Assembly: GCA_964016885.1 (NCBI GenBank)
Contig: OZ024744.1
Location: forward strand, 134,168,001-134,232,000
Source: Eledone cirrhosa
Taxonomy: Eukaryota
Length of the DNA stretch: 64,000 nucleotides
Reading direction: 5' to 3'
The notes beneath the pieces were generated by a model. That model was not told the origin of the DNA and did no database searches. It saw only the letters and a list, made by a program, of their open reading frames with translations. Below are positions 47,301 to 58,600 of the stretch, in pieces (the first letter of the stretch is position 1; each line of letters begins with the position of its first letter). Both the position numbers and the translations under genes were made by a program.

Positions 47301-50300
47301 TAAGTTAAGTTGGGGTTAAGTTAATTTGTGGTTAAGTTAAGTTGGGGTTAAGTTAAGTTGGGGTTAAGTTAAGTTGGGGTTAAGTTAAGTCGGGGTTAAG
47401 TTAAGTTGGGGTTGAGTTAAGTTGGGGTTAATTTAAGTTGGGGTTAAGTTAAGTTGGGGTTAAGTTAAGTTGGGGTTAAGTTAAGTTGGGGTTAAGTTAA
47501 GTTGGGGTTAAGTTAAGTTGAGGTTAAGTTAAGTTGGGGTTAAATTAAGTTGGGGTTAAGTTAAGTTGGGGTTAAGTTAAGTTGGGGTTAAGTTAAGTTG
47601 GGGATAAGTTAAGTTGGGGATAATTTAAGTTGGGGTTAAGTTAAGTTGGGTTTAAGTTAAGTTGGGGTTAAGTTAAGTTGGGGATAAGTTAAGTTGGGGT
47701 TAAGTTAAGTTGGGGTTAATTTAAGTTGGGGTTAAGTTAAGTTGGGGCTAAGTTAAGTTGGGGCTGAGTTAAGTTGGGGTTAAGTTAAGTTGGGGTTAAG
47801 TTAAGTTGGGGTTAATTTAAGTTGGGGTTTATTTAAGTTGGGGTTACGTTAAGTTGGTGTTAAGTTAAGTTGGGGTTAATTTAAGTTGGGGTTAATTAAG
47901 TTGGGGTTAAGTTAAGTTGGGGTTAATTTAAGTTGGGGTTGAGTTAAGTTGGGGTTAAGTTAAGTTGGGGTTATATTAAGTTGGGGTTAAGTTAAGTTGG
48001 GGTTAAGTTAAGTTGGGTATAAGTTAAGTTGGGGTTAAGTTAAGTTGGGGTTAAGTTAAGTTGGGGTTAAGTTAAGTTGGTGTTAAGTTAAGTTGGGGCT
48101 AAGTTAAGTTGGGGCTGAGTTAAGTTGGGGCTGAGTTAAGTTGGGGTTAAGTTAAGTTGGGGTCAAGTTAAGTTGGGGTTAAGTTGGGGTTAAGTTAAGT
48201 TAGGTTTAAGTTAAGATGGGGTTAAGTTAAGTTGGGGTTAAGTTAAGTTGGGGTTAAGTTAATTTGTGGTTCAGTTAAGTTGGGGTTAAGTTAAGTTGGG
48301 GTTAAGTTAAGTTGGGGTTAAGTTAAGTCGGGGTTAAGTTAAGTTGGGGTTAAGTTAAGTTGGGGTTAATTTAAGTTGGGGTTAAGTTAAGTTGGGGTCA
48401 AGTTAAGTTGGGGTTAAGTTGGGGTTAAGTTAAGTTAGGTTTAAGTTAAGTTGGGGTTAAGTTAAGTTGGGGTTAAGTTAAGTTGGGGTTAAGTTAAGTT
48501 GGGGTTAAGTTAATTTGTGGTTAAGTTAAGTTGGGGTTAAGTTAAGTTGGGGTTAAGTTAAGTTGGGGTTAAGTTAAGTCGGGGTTAAGTTAAGTTGGGG
48601 TTAAGTTAAGTTGGGGTTAATTTAAGTTGGGGTTAAGTTAAGTTGGGGTTAAGTTAAGTTGGGGTTAAATTAAGTTGGGGTTAAGTTAAGTTGGGGTTAA
48701 GTCAAGTTGGGGTTAAGTTAAGTTGGGCATAATTTAAGTTGGGGATAATTTAAGTTGGGGTTAAGTTAAGTTGGGTTTAAGTTAAGTTGGGGTTAAGTTA
48801 AGTTGGGGTTAAGTTAAGTTGGGGTTAAGTTAAGTTGGGGTTAAGTTAAGTTGGGGCTAAGTTAAGTTGGGGCTGAGTTAAGTTGGGGTTAAGTTAAGTT
48901 GGGCTTAATTTAAGTCGGGGTTAAGTTAATTTGTGGTTCAGTTAAGTTGGGGTTAAGTTAAGTTGGGGTTAAGTTAAGTTGGGGTTAAGTTAAGTCGGGG
49001 TTAAGTTAAGTTGGGGTTAAGTTAAGTTGGGGTTAAGTTAATTCGGGGTTAAGTTAAGTTGGGGATAAATTAAGTTGGGGATAATTTAAGTTGGGTTTAA
49101 GTTAAGTTGGGGTTAAGTTAAGTTGGGGTTAAGTTAAGTTGGGGTTAAGTTAAGTTGGGGTTAATTTAAGTTGGGGCTAAGTTAAGTTGGGACTGAGTTA
49201 AGTTGGGGTTAAGTTAAGTTGGGGTTAAGTTAAGTTGGGGTTAAGTTAAGTTGGAGTTTATTTAAGTTGGGGTTAAGTTAAGTTGGGGTTCAGTTAAGTT
49301 GGGGTTAAGTTAAGTTGGGGTTAAGATGGGGTTAAATTAAGTTGGGGTTAAGTTAAGTCGGGGTTAAGTTAAGTCGGGGTTAAGTTAAGTTAGGGTTCAG
49401 TTAAGTTGGGGTTAAGTTAAGTTGGGGTTGAGTTAAGTTGGGGTTGAGTTAAATTGGGGTTGAGTTAAGTTGGGGTTGAGTTAAGTTGGTTTTGAGTTAA
49501 GTTGGGGTTAAGTTAAGTTGGGGTTAAGTTAAGTTGCAGTTAAGTTAAGTTGAGGTTAAGTTAAGGTGCGGTTAAGTTAAGTTGGGGTTAAGTTAAGTTG
49601 GGGCTAAGTTAAGTTGGGGCTAAGTTAAGTTGGGGCTAAGTTAAGTTGGGGTTAAGTTAAGTCGGGGTTAAGTTAAGTTGGGGTTAAGTTAAGTTGAGGT
49701 TAATTTAATTTGGGGTTAAGTTAAGTTGGGGTTAAGTTAAGTTGGGGTTAAGTTAAGTTGGGGTTAAGTTAAGTTGGGTTTAAGTTAAGTTGGGGTTAAG
49801 TTAAGTTGGGGTCAAGTTAAGTTGGGGTTAAGTTAAGTTGGGGTTGAGTTAAGTTGGGGTTGAGTTAAATTGGCGTTGAGTTAAGTTGGGGTTGAGTTAA
49901 GTTGGTGTTGAGTTAAGTTGGGGTTAAGTTAAGTTGGGGTTAAGTTAAGTTGCAGTTAAGTTAAGTTGAGGTTAAGTTAAGGTGGGGTTAAGTTAAGTCG
50001 GGGTTAAGTTAAGTTGTGGTTGAGTTAAGTTGGGGTTAATTTAAGTTGGGGCTAAGTTAATCTGTGGTTAAGTTAAGTTGGGGTTAAGTTAAGTTGGGGT
50101 TAAGTTAAGTTGGGGTTGAGTTAAGTTGGGGTTGAGTTAATTTGGGGTTAAGTTAAGTTGGGGTTAAGTTAAGTTGGGGTTAAATTAAGTTGGGGTTAAG
50201 TTAAGTTGGGGGTAAGTTAAGTTGGGGGCAAGTTAAGTTGGGGTTAATTTAAGTTGGGGTTAAATTAAGTTGGGGTTACGTTAAGTTGGTGTTAAGTTAA

Positions 50301-52611
50301 GTTGGGGTTAATTTAAGTTGGGGTTAATTAAGTTGGGGTTAAGTTAAGTTGGGGTTAAGTTAAGTTGGGGTTAAGTTAAGTTGGGGTTAAGTTAAGTTGG
50401 GGTTAAGTTAAGTTGAGGTTAAGTTAAGTTGGGGTTAAATTAAGTTGGGGTTAAGTTAAGTTGGGGTTAAGTTAAGTTGGGGTTAAGTTAAGTTGGGGTT
50501 AAGTTAAGTTGGTGTTAAGTTAAGTTGGGGCTAAGTTAAGTTGGGGCTGAGTTAAGTTGGGGCTGAGTTAAGTTGGGGTTAAGTTAAGTTGGGGTTGAGT
50601 TAAGTTGGGGTTAAGTTAAGTTGGGGTCAAGTTAAGTTGGGGTTAAGTTGGGGTTAAGTTAAGTTAGGTTTAAGTTAAGTTGGGGTTAAGTTAAGTTGGG
50701 GTTAAGTTAAGTTGGGGTTAAGTTAAGTTGGGGTTAAGTTAATATGTGGTTAAGTTAAGTTGGGGTTAAGTTAAGTTGGGGTTAAGTTAAGTTGGGGTTA
50801 AGTTAAGTCGGGGTTAAGTTAAGTTGGGGTTAAGTTAAGTTGGGGTTAATTTAAGTTGGGGTTAAGTTAAGTTGGGGTTAAGTTAAGTTGGGGTTAAGTT
50901 AAGTTGGGGTTAAGTTAAGTTGGGGTTAAGTTAAGTTGAGGTTAAGTTAAGTTGGGGTTAAATTAAGTTGGGGTTAAGTTAAGTTGGGGTTAAGTTAAGT
51001 TGGGGTTAAGTTAAGTTAGGGATAAGTTAAGTTGGGGATAATTTAAGTTGGGGTTAAGTTAAGTTGGGTTTAAGTTAAGTTGGGGATAAGTTAAGTTGGG
51101 GATAAGTTAAGTTGGGGTTAAGTTAATTTGGGGTTAAGTTAAGTTGGGGCTAAGTTAAGTTGGGGCTGAGTTAAGTTGGGGTTAAGTTAAGTTGGGGTTA
51201 AGTTAAGTTGGGGTTAATTTAAGTTGGGGTTTATTTAAGTTGGGGTTACGTTAAATTGGTGTTAAGTTAAGTTGGGGTTAATTTAAGTTGGGGTTAATTA
51301 AGTTGGGGTTAAGTTAAGTTGGGGTTAAGTTAAGTTGGGGTTAATTTAAGTTGGGGTTGAGTTAAGTTGGGGTTAAGTTAAGTTGGGGTTATATTAAGTT
51401 GGGGTTAAGTTAAGTTGGGGTTCAGTTAAGTTGGAGATAAGTTAAGTTGGGGTTAAGTTAAGTTGGGGTTAAGTTAAGTTGGTGTTAAGTTAAGTTGGGG
51501 CTAATTTATGTTGGGGCTGAGTTAAGTTGGGGCTGAGTTAAGTTGGGGTTAAGTTAAGTTAGGTTTAAGTTAAGTTGGGGTTAAGTTAAGTTGGGGTTAA
51601 GTTAAGTTGGGGTTAAATTAAGTTGGGGTTAAGTTAAGTTGGGGTTAAGTTAATTTGTGGTTAAGTTAAGTTGGGGTTAGGTTAAGTTGGGGTTAAGTTA
51701 AGTTGGGGTTAAGTTAAGTCGGGGTTAAGTTAAGTTGGGGTTAAGTTAAGTTGGGGTTAATTTAAGTTGGGGTTAAGTTAAGTTGGGGTCAAGTTAAGTT
51801 GGGGTTAAGTTGGGGTTAAGTTAAGTTAGGTTTAAGTTAAGTTGGGGTTAAGTTAAGTTGGGGTTAAGTTAAGTTGGGGTTAAGTTAAGTTGGGGTTAAG
51901 TTAAGTTGGGGTTAAGTTAATTTGTGGTTAAGTTAAGTTGGGGTTAAGTTAAGTTGGGGTTAAGTTAAGTTGGGGTTAAGTTAAGTCGGGGTTAAGTTAA
52001 GTTGGGGTTAAGTTAAGTTGGGGTTAATTTAAGTTGGGGTTAAGTTAAGTTGGGGTTAAGTTAAGTTGGGGTTAAGTTAAGTTGGGGTTAAGTTAAGTTG
52101 GGGTTAAGTTAAGTTGGGGTTAAGTTAAGTTGGGGTTAAGTTAAGTTGGGGCTAAGTTAAGTTGGGGCTGAGTTAAGTTGGGGTTAAGTTAAGTTGGGCT
52201 TAATTTAAGTCGGGGTTAAGTTAAGTTAGGGTTCAGTTAAGTTGGGGTTAAGTTAAGTTGGGGTTAATTTAAGTTGGGGTTAAGTTAAGTCGGGGTTAAG
52301 TTAAGTTGGGGTTAAGTTAAGTTGGGGTTAAGTTAAGTCGGGGTTAAGTTAAGTTGGGGTTAAGTTAAGTTGGGGTTAATTTAAGTTGGGGTTAAGTTAA
52401 GTTGGGGTTAAGTTAAGTTGGGGTTAAGTTAAGATGGGGTTAATTTAAGTTGGGGTTAAGTTAAGTTGAGGTTAAGTTAAGTTGGGGTTAAATTAAGTTG
52501 GGGTTAAGGTAAGTTGGGGTTAAGTCAAGTTGGGGTTAAGTTAAGTTGGGGATAAGTTAAGTTGGGGATAATTTAAGTTGGGTTTAAGTTAAGTTGTGGT
52601 TAAGTTAAGTT
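35314..52611 (+). repeat. 17.3-kb tandem duplication, copy 2
   Basis: Same markers as copy 1. The last shared marker is TTGTGG (35298/52596). The match ends at 35354 vs 52652 (TTAAG vs TTAAT). One monomer is missing at about 37415-37478 relative to 20101-20180. Confidence 0.93.
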
Positions 52612-55600
52612 GGGGTTAAGTTAAGTTGGGGTTAAGTTAAGTTGGGGTTAATTTAAGTTGGGGCTAAGTTAAGTTGGGACTGAGTTAAGTTGGGGTTAAG
52701 TTAAGTTGGGGTTAAGTTAAGTTGGGGTTAAGTTAAGTTGGAGTTTATTTAAGTTGGGGTTAAGTTAAGTTGGGGTTCAGTTAAGTTGGGGTTAAGTTAA
52801 GTTGGGGTTAAGATGGGGTTAAATTAAGTTGGGGTTAAGTTAAGTTGGGGTTAATTTAAGTTGGGGTTAAGTTAAGTTGGGGTTAAGTTAAGTCGGGGTT
52901 AAGTTAAGTCGGGGTTAAGTTAAGTTAGGGTTCAGTTAAGTTGGGGTTAAGTTAAGTTGGGGTTGAGTTAAGTTGGGATTGAGTTAAATTGGGGTTGAGT
53001 TAAGTTGGGGTTGAGTTAAGTTGGTGTTGAGTTAAGTTGGGGTTAAGTTAAGTTGGGGTTACGTTAATTTGTGGTTAAGTTAAGTTGGGGTTAAGTTAAG
53101 TTGGGGTTAAGTTAAGTTGGGGTTAAGTTAAGTCGGGGTTAAGTTAAGTTGGGGTTGAGTTAAGTTGGGGTTAATTTAAGTTGGGGTTAAGTTAAGTTGG
53201 GGTTAAGTTAAGTTGGGGTTAAGTTAAGTTGGGGTTAAGTTAAGTTGGGGTTAAGTTAAGTTGAGGTTAAGTTAAGTTGGGGTTAAATTAAGTTGGGGTT
53301 AAGTTAAGTTGGGGTTAAGTTAAGTTGGGGTTAAGTTAAGTTGGGGATAAGTTAAGTTGGGGATAATTTAAGTTGGGGTTAAGTTAAGTTGGGTTTAAGT
53401 TAAGTTGGGGTTAAGTTAAGTTCGGGATAAGTTAAGTTGGGGTTAAGTTAAGTTGGGGTTAAGTTAAGTTGGGGCTAAGTTAAGTTGGGGCTGAGTTAAG
53501 TTGGGGTTAAGTTAAGTTGGGGTTAAGTTAAGTTGGGGTTAATTTAAGTTGGGGTTTATTTAAGTTGGGGTTACGTTAAGTTGGTGTTAAGTTAAGTTGG
53601 GGTTAATTTAAGTTGGGGTTAATTAAGTTGGGGTTAAGTTAAGTTGGGGTTAAGTTAAGTTGGGGTTAATTTAAGTTGGGGTTGAGTTAAGTTGGGGTTA
53701 AGTTAAGTTGGGTTATATTAAGTTGGGGTTAAGTTAAGTTGGGGTTAAGTTAAGTTGGGGTTAAGTTAAGTTGGTGTTAAGTTAAGTTGGGGCTAAGTTA
53801 AGTTGGGGCTGAGTTAAGTTGGGGCTGAGTTAAGTTGGGGTTAAGTTAAGTTGGGGTCAAGTTAAGTTGGGGTTAAGTTGGGGTTAAGTTAAGTTAGGTT
53901 TAAGTTAAGATGGGGTTAAGTTAAGTTGGGGTTAAGTTAAGTTGGGGTTAAGTTAAGTCGGGGTTAAGTTAAGTTGGGGTTAAGTTAAGTTGGGGTTAAT
54001 TTAAGTTGGGGTTAAGTTAAGTTGGGGTCAAGTTAAGTTGGGGTTAAGTTGGGGTTAAGTTAATTTGTGGTTAAGTTAAGTTGGGGTTAAGTTGGGGTTA
54101 AGTTAAGTTAGGTTTAAGTTAAGTTGGGGTTAAGTTAAGTTGGGGTTAAGTTAATTTGTGGTTAAGTTAAGTTGGGGTTAAGTTGGGGTTAAGTTAAGTT
54201 AGGTTTAAGTTAAGTTGGGGTCAAGTTAAGTTGGGGTTAAGTTAAGTTAGGTTTAAGTTAAGTTGGGGTTAAGTTAAGTTGGGGTTAAGTTAAGTTGGGG
54301 TTAAGTTAAGTTGGGGTTAAGTTAATTTGTGGTTAAGTTAAGTTGGGGTTAAGTTAAGTTGGGGTTAAGTTAAGTTGGGGTTAAGTTAAGTCGGGGTTAA
54401 GTTAAGTTGGGGTTAAGTTAAGTTGGGGTTAATTTAAGTTGGGGTTAAGTTAAGTTGGGGTTAAGTTAAGTTGGGGTTAAATTAAGTTGGGGTTAAGTTA
54501 AGTTGGGGTTAAGTCAAGTTGGGGTTAAGTTAAGTTGGGGATAAGTTAAGTTGGGGATAATTTAAGTTGGGGTTAAGTTAAGTTGGGTTTAAGTTAAGTT
54601 GGGGTTAAGTTAAGTTGGGGTTAAGTTAAGTTGGGGTTAAGTTAAGTTGGGGTTAAGTTAAGTCGGGGTTAAGTTAAGTTGGGGTTAAGTTAAGTTGGGG
54701 TTAAGTTAAGTCGGGGTTAAGTTAAGTTGGGGTTAAGTTAAGTTGGGGTTAATTTAAGTTGGGGTTAAGTTAAGTTGGGGTTAAGTTAAGTTGGGGTTAA
54801 GTTAAGATGGGGTTAATTTAAGTTGGGGTTAAGTTAAGTTGAGGTTAAGTTAAGTTGGGGTTAAATTAAGTTGGGGTTAAGTTAAGTTGGGGTTAAGTCA
54901 AGTTGGGGTTAAGTTAAGTTGGGGATAAGTTAAGTTGGGGATAATTTAAGTTGGGTTTAAGTTAAGTTGGGGTTAAGTTAAGTTGGGGTTAAGTTAAGTT
55001 GGGGTTAATTTAAGTTGGGGCTAAGTTAAGTTGGGACTGAGTTAAGTTGGGGTTAAGTTAAGTTGGGGTTAAGTTAAGTTGGGGTTAAGTTAAGTTGGAG
55101 TTTATTTAAGTTGGGGTTAAGTTAAGTTGGGGTTCAGTTAAGTTGGGGTTAAGTTAAGTTGGGGTTAAGATGGGGTTAAATTAAGTTGGGGTTAAGTTAA
55201 GTTGGGGTTAATTTAAGTTGGGGTTAAGTTAAGTAGGGGTTAAGTTAAGTCGGGGTTAAGTTAAGTTAGGGTTCAGTTAAGTTGGGGTTAAGTTAAGTTG
55301 GGGTTGAGTTAAGTTGGGGTTGAGTTAAATTGGGGTTGAGTTAAGTTGGGGTTAAGTTAAGTTGGGGTTAAGTTAATTTGTGGTTAAGTTAAGTTGGGGT
55401 TAAGTTAAGTTGGGGTTAAGTTAAGTTGGGGGTAAGTTAAGTCGGGGTTAAGTTAAGTTGGGGTTGAGTTAAGTTGGGGTTAATTTAAGTTGGGGTTAAG
55501 TTAAGTTGGGGTTAAGTTAAGTTGGGGTTAAGTTAAGTTGGGGTTAAGTTAAGTTGGGGTTAAGTTAAGTTGAGGTTAAGTTAAGTTGGGGTTAAATTAA

Positions 55601-58600
55601 GTTGGGGTTAAGTTAAGTTGGAGTTAAGTTAAGTTGGGGTTAAGTTAAGTTGGGGATAAGTTAAGTTGGGGATAATTTAAGTTGGGGTTAAGTTAAGTTG
55701 GGTTTAAGTTAAGTTGGGGTTAAGTTAAGTTGGGGATAAGTTAAGTTGGGGTTAAGTTAAGTTGGGGTTAAGTTAAGTTGGGGTTAAGTTAAGTTGGGGT
55801 TAATTTAAGTTGGGGTTTATTTAAGTTGGGGTTACGTTAAGTTGGTGTTAAGTTAAGTTGGGGTTAATTTAAGTTGGGGTTAATTAAGTTGGGGTTAAGT
55901 TAAGTTGGGGTTAAGTTAAGTTGGGGTTAAGTTAAGTTGGGGTTAAGTTAAGTTGGGGTTAATTTAAGTTGGGGTTAAGTTAAGTTGGGGTTAAGTTAAG
56001 TTGAGGTTAAGTTAAGTTGGGGTTAAATTAAGTTGGGGTTAAGTTAAGTTGGGGTTAAGTTAAGTTGGGGTTAAGTTAAGTTGGGGATAAGTTAAGTTGG
56101 GGATAATTTAAGTTGGGGTTAAGTTAAGTTGGGGTTAAATTAAGTTGGGGTTAAGTTAAGTTGGGGTTAAGTTAAGTTGGGGTTAAGTTAAGTTGGGGTT
56201 AAGTTAAGTTGGGGTTAAGTTAAGTTGGAGTTTATTTAAGTTGGGGTTAAGTTAAGTTGGGGTTCAGTTAAGTTGGGGTTAAGTTAAGTTGGGGTTAAGA
56301 TGGGGTTAAATTAAGTTGGGGTTAAGTTAAGTTGGGGTTAATTTAAGTTGGGGTTAAGTTAAGTTGGGGTTAAGTTAAGTCGGGGTTAAGTTAAGTCGGG
56401 GTTAAGTTAAGTTAGGGTTCAGTTAAGTTGGGGTTAAGTTAAGTTGGGGTTGAGTTAAGTTGGGGTTGAGTTAAATTGGGGTTGAGTTAAGTTGGGGTTG
56501 AGTTAAGTTGGTGTTGAGTTAAGTTGGGGTTAAGTTAAGTTGGGGTTAAGTTAATTTGTGGTTAAGTTAAGTTGGGGTTAAGTTAAGTTGGGGTTAAGTT
56601 AAGTTGGGGGTAAGTTAAGTCGGGGTTAAGTTAAGTTGGGGTTGAGTTAAGTTGGGGTTAATTTAAGTTGGGGTTAAGTTAAGTTGGGGTTAAGTTAAGT
56701 TGGGGTTAAGTTAAGTTGGGGTTAAGTTAAGTTGGGGTTAAGTTAAGTTGAGGTTAAGTTAAGTTGGGGTTAAATTAAGTTGGGGTTAAGTTAAGTTGGA
56801 GTTAAGTTAAGTTGGGGTTAAGTTAAGTTGGGGATAAGTTAAGTTGGGGATAATTTAAGTTGGGGTTAAGTTAAGTTGGGTTTAAGTTAAGTTGGGGTTA
56901 AGTTAAGTTGGGGATAAGTTAAGTTGGGGTTAAGTTAAGTTGGGGTTAAGTTAAGTTGGGGTTAAGTTAAGTTGGGGCTAAGTTAAGTTGGGGCTGAGTT
57001 AAGTTGGGGTTAAGTTAAGTTGGGGTTAAGTTAAGTTGGGGTTAAGTTAAGTTGGGGATAAGTTAAGTTGGGGATAAGTTAAGTTGGGGTTAAGTTAAGT
57101 TGGGGATAAGTTAAGTTGGGGTTAAGTTAAGTTGAGGTTAAGTTAAGTTGGGGTTAAATTAAGTTGGGGTTAAGTTAAGTTGGGGTTAAGTTAAGTTGGG
57201 GTTACGTTAAGTTGGGGATAAGTTAAGTTGGGGATAATTTAAGTTGGGGTTAAGTTAAGTTGGGTTTAAGTTAAGTTGGGGTTAAGTTAAGTTGGGGATA
57301 AGTTAAGTTGGGGTTAAGTTAAGTTGGGGTTAAGTTAAGTTGGGGTTAAGTTAAGTTGGGGCTAAGTTAAGTTGGGGCTGAGTTAAGTTGGGGTTAAGTT
57401 AAGTTGGGGTTAAGTTAAGTTGGGGTTAATTTAAGTTGGGGTTTATTTAAGTTGGGGTTACGTTAAGTTGGTGTTAAGTTAAGTTGGGGTTAATTTAAGT
57501 TGGGGTTAATTAAGTTGGGGTTAAGTTAAGTTGGGGTTAAGTTAAGTTGGGGTTAATTTAAGTTGGGGTTGAGTTAAGTTGGGGTTAAGTTAAGTTGGGG
57601 TTATATTAAGTTGGGGTTAAGTTACGTTGGGGTTCAGTTAAGTTGGGTATAAGTTAAGTTGGGGTTAAGTTAATTTGGGGTTAAGCTAAGTTGGGGTTAA
57701 GTTAAGTTGGGGTTAAGTTAAGTTGGGGTTAAGTTAAGTTGGTGTTAAGTTAAGTTGGGGCTAAGTTAAGTTGGGGCTGAGTTAAGTTGGGGCTGAGTTA
57801 AGTTGGGGTTAAGTTAAGTTGGGGTCAAGTTAAGTTGGGGTTAAGTTGGGGTTAAGTTAAGTTAGGTTTAAGTTATGATGGGGTTAAGTTAAGTTGGGGT
57901 TAAGCTAAGTTGGGGTTAAGTTAAGTCGGGGTTAAGTTAAGTTGGGGTTAAGTTAAGTTGGGGTTAATTTAAGTTGGGGTTAAGTTAAGTTGGGGTCAAG
58001 TTAAGTTGGGGTTAAGTTGGGGTTAAGTTAATTTGTGGTTAAGTTAAGTTGGGGTTAAGTTAAGTTGGGGTTAAGTTAAGTTGGGGTTAAGTTAAGTCGG
58101 GGTTAAGTTAAGTTGGGGTTAAGTTAAGTTGGGGTTAATTTAAGTTGGGGTTAAGTTAAGTTGGGGTCAAGTTAAGTTGGGGTTAAGTTGGGGTTAAGTT
58201 AAGTTAGGTTTAAGTTAAGTTGGGGTTAAGTTAAGTTGGGGTTAAGTTAAGTTGGGGTTAAGTTAAGTTGGGGTTAAGTTAATTTGTGGTTAAGTTAAGT
58301 TGGGGTTAAGTTAAGTTGGGGTTAAGTTAAGTTGGGGTTAAGTTAAGTCGGGGTTAAGTTAAGTTGGGGTTAAGTTAAGTTGGGGTTAATTTAAGTTGGG
58401 GTTAAGTTAAGTTGGGGTTAAGTTAAGTTGGGGTTAAATTAAGTTGGGGTTATGTTAAGTTGGGGTTAAGTCAAGTTGGGGTTAAGTTAAGTTGGGGATA
58501 AGTTAAGTTGGGGATAATTTAAGTTGGGGTTAAGTTAAGTTGGGTTTAAGTTAAGTTGGGGTTAAGTTAAGTTGGGGTTAAGTTAAGTTGGGGTTAAGTT

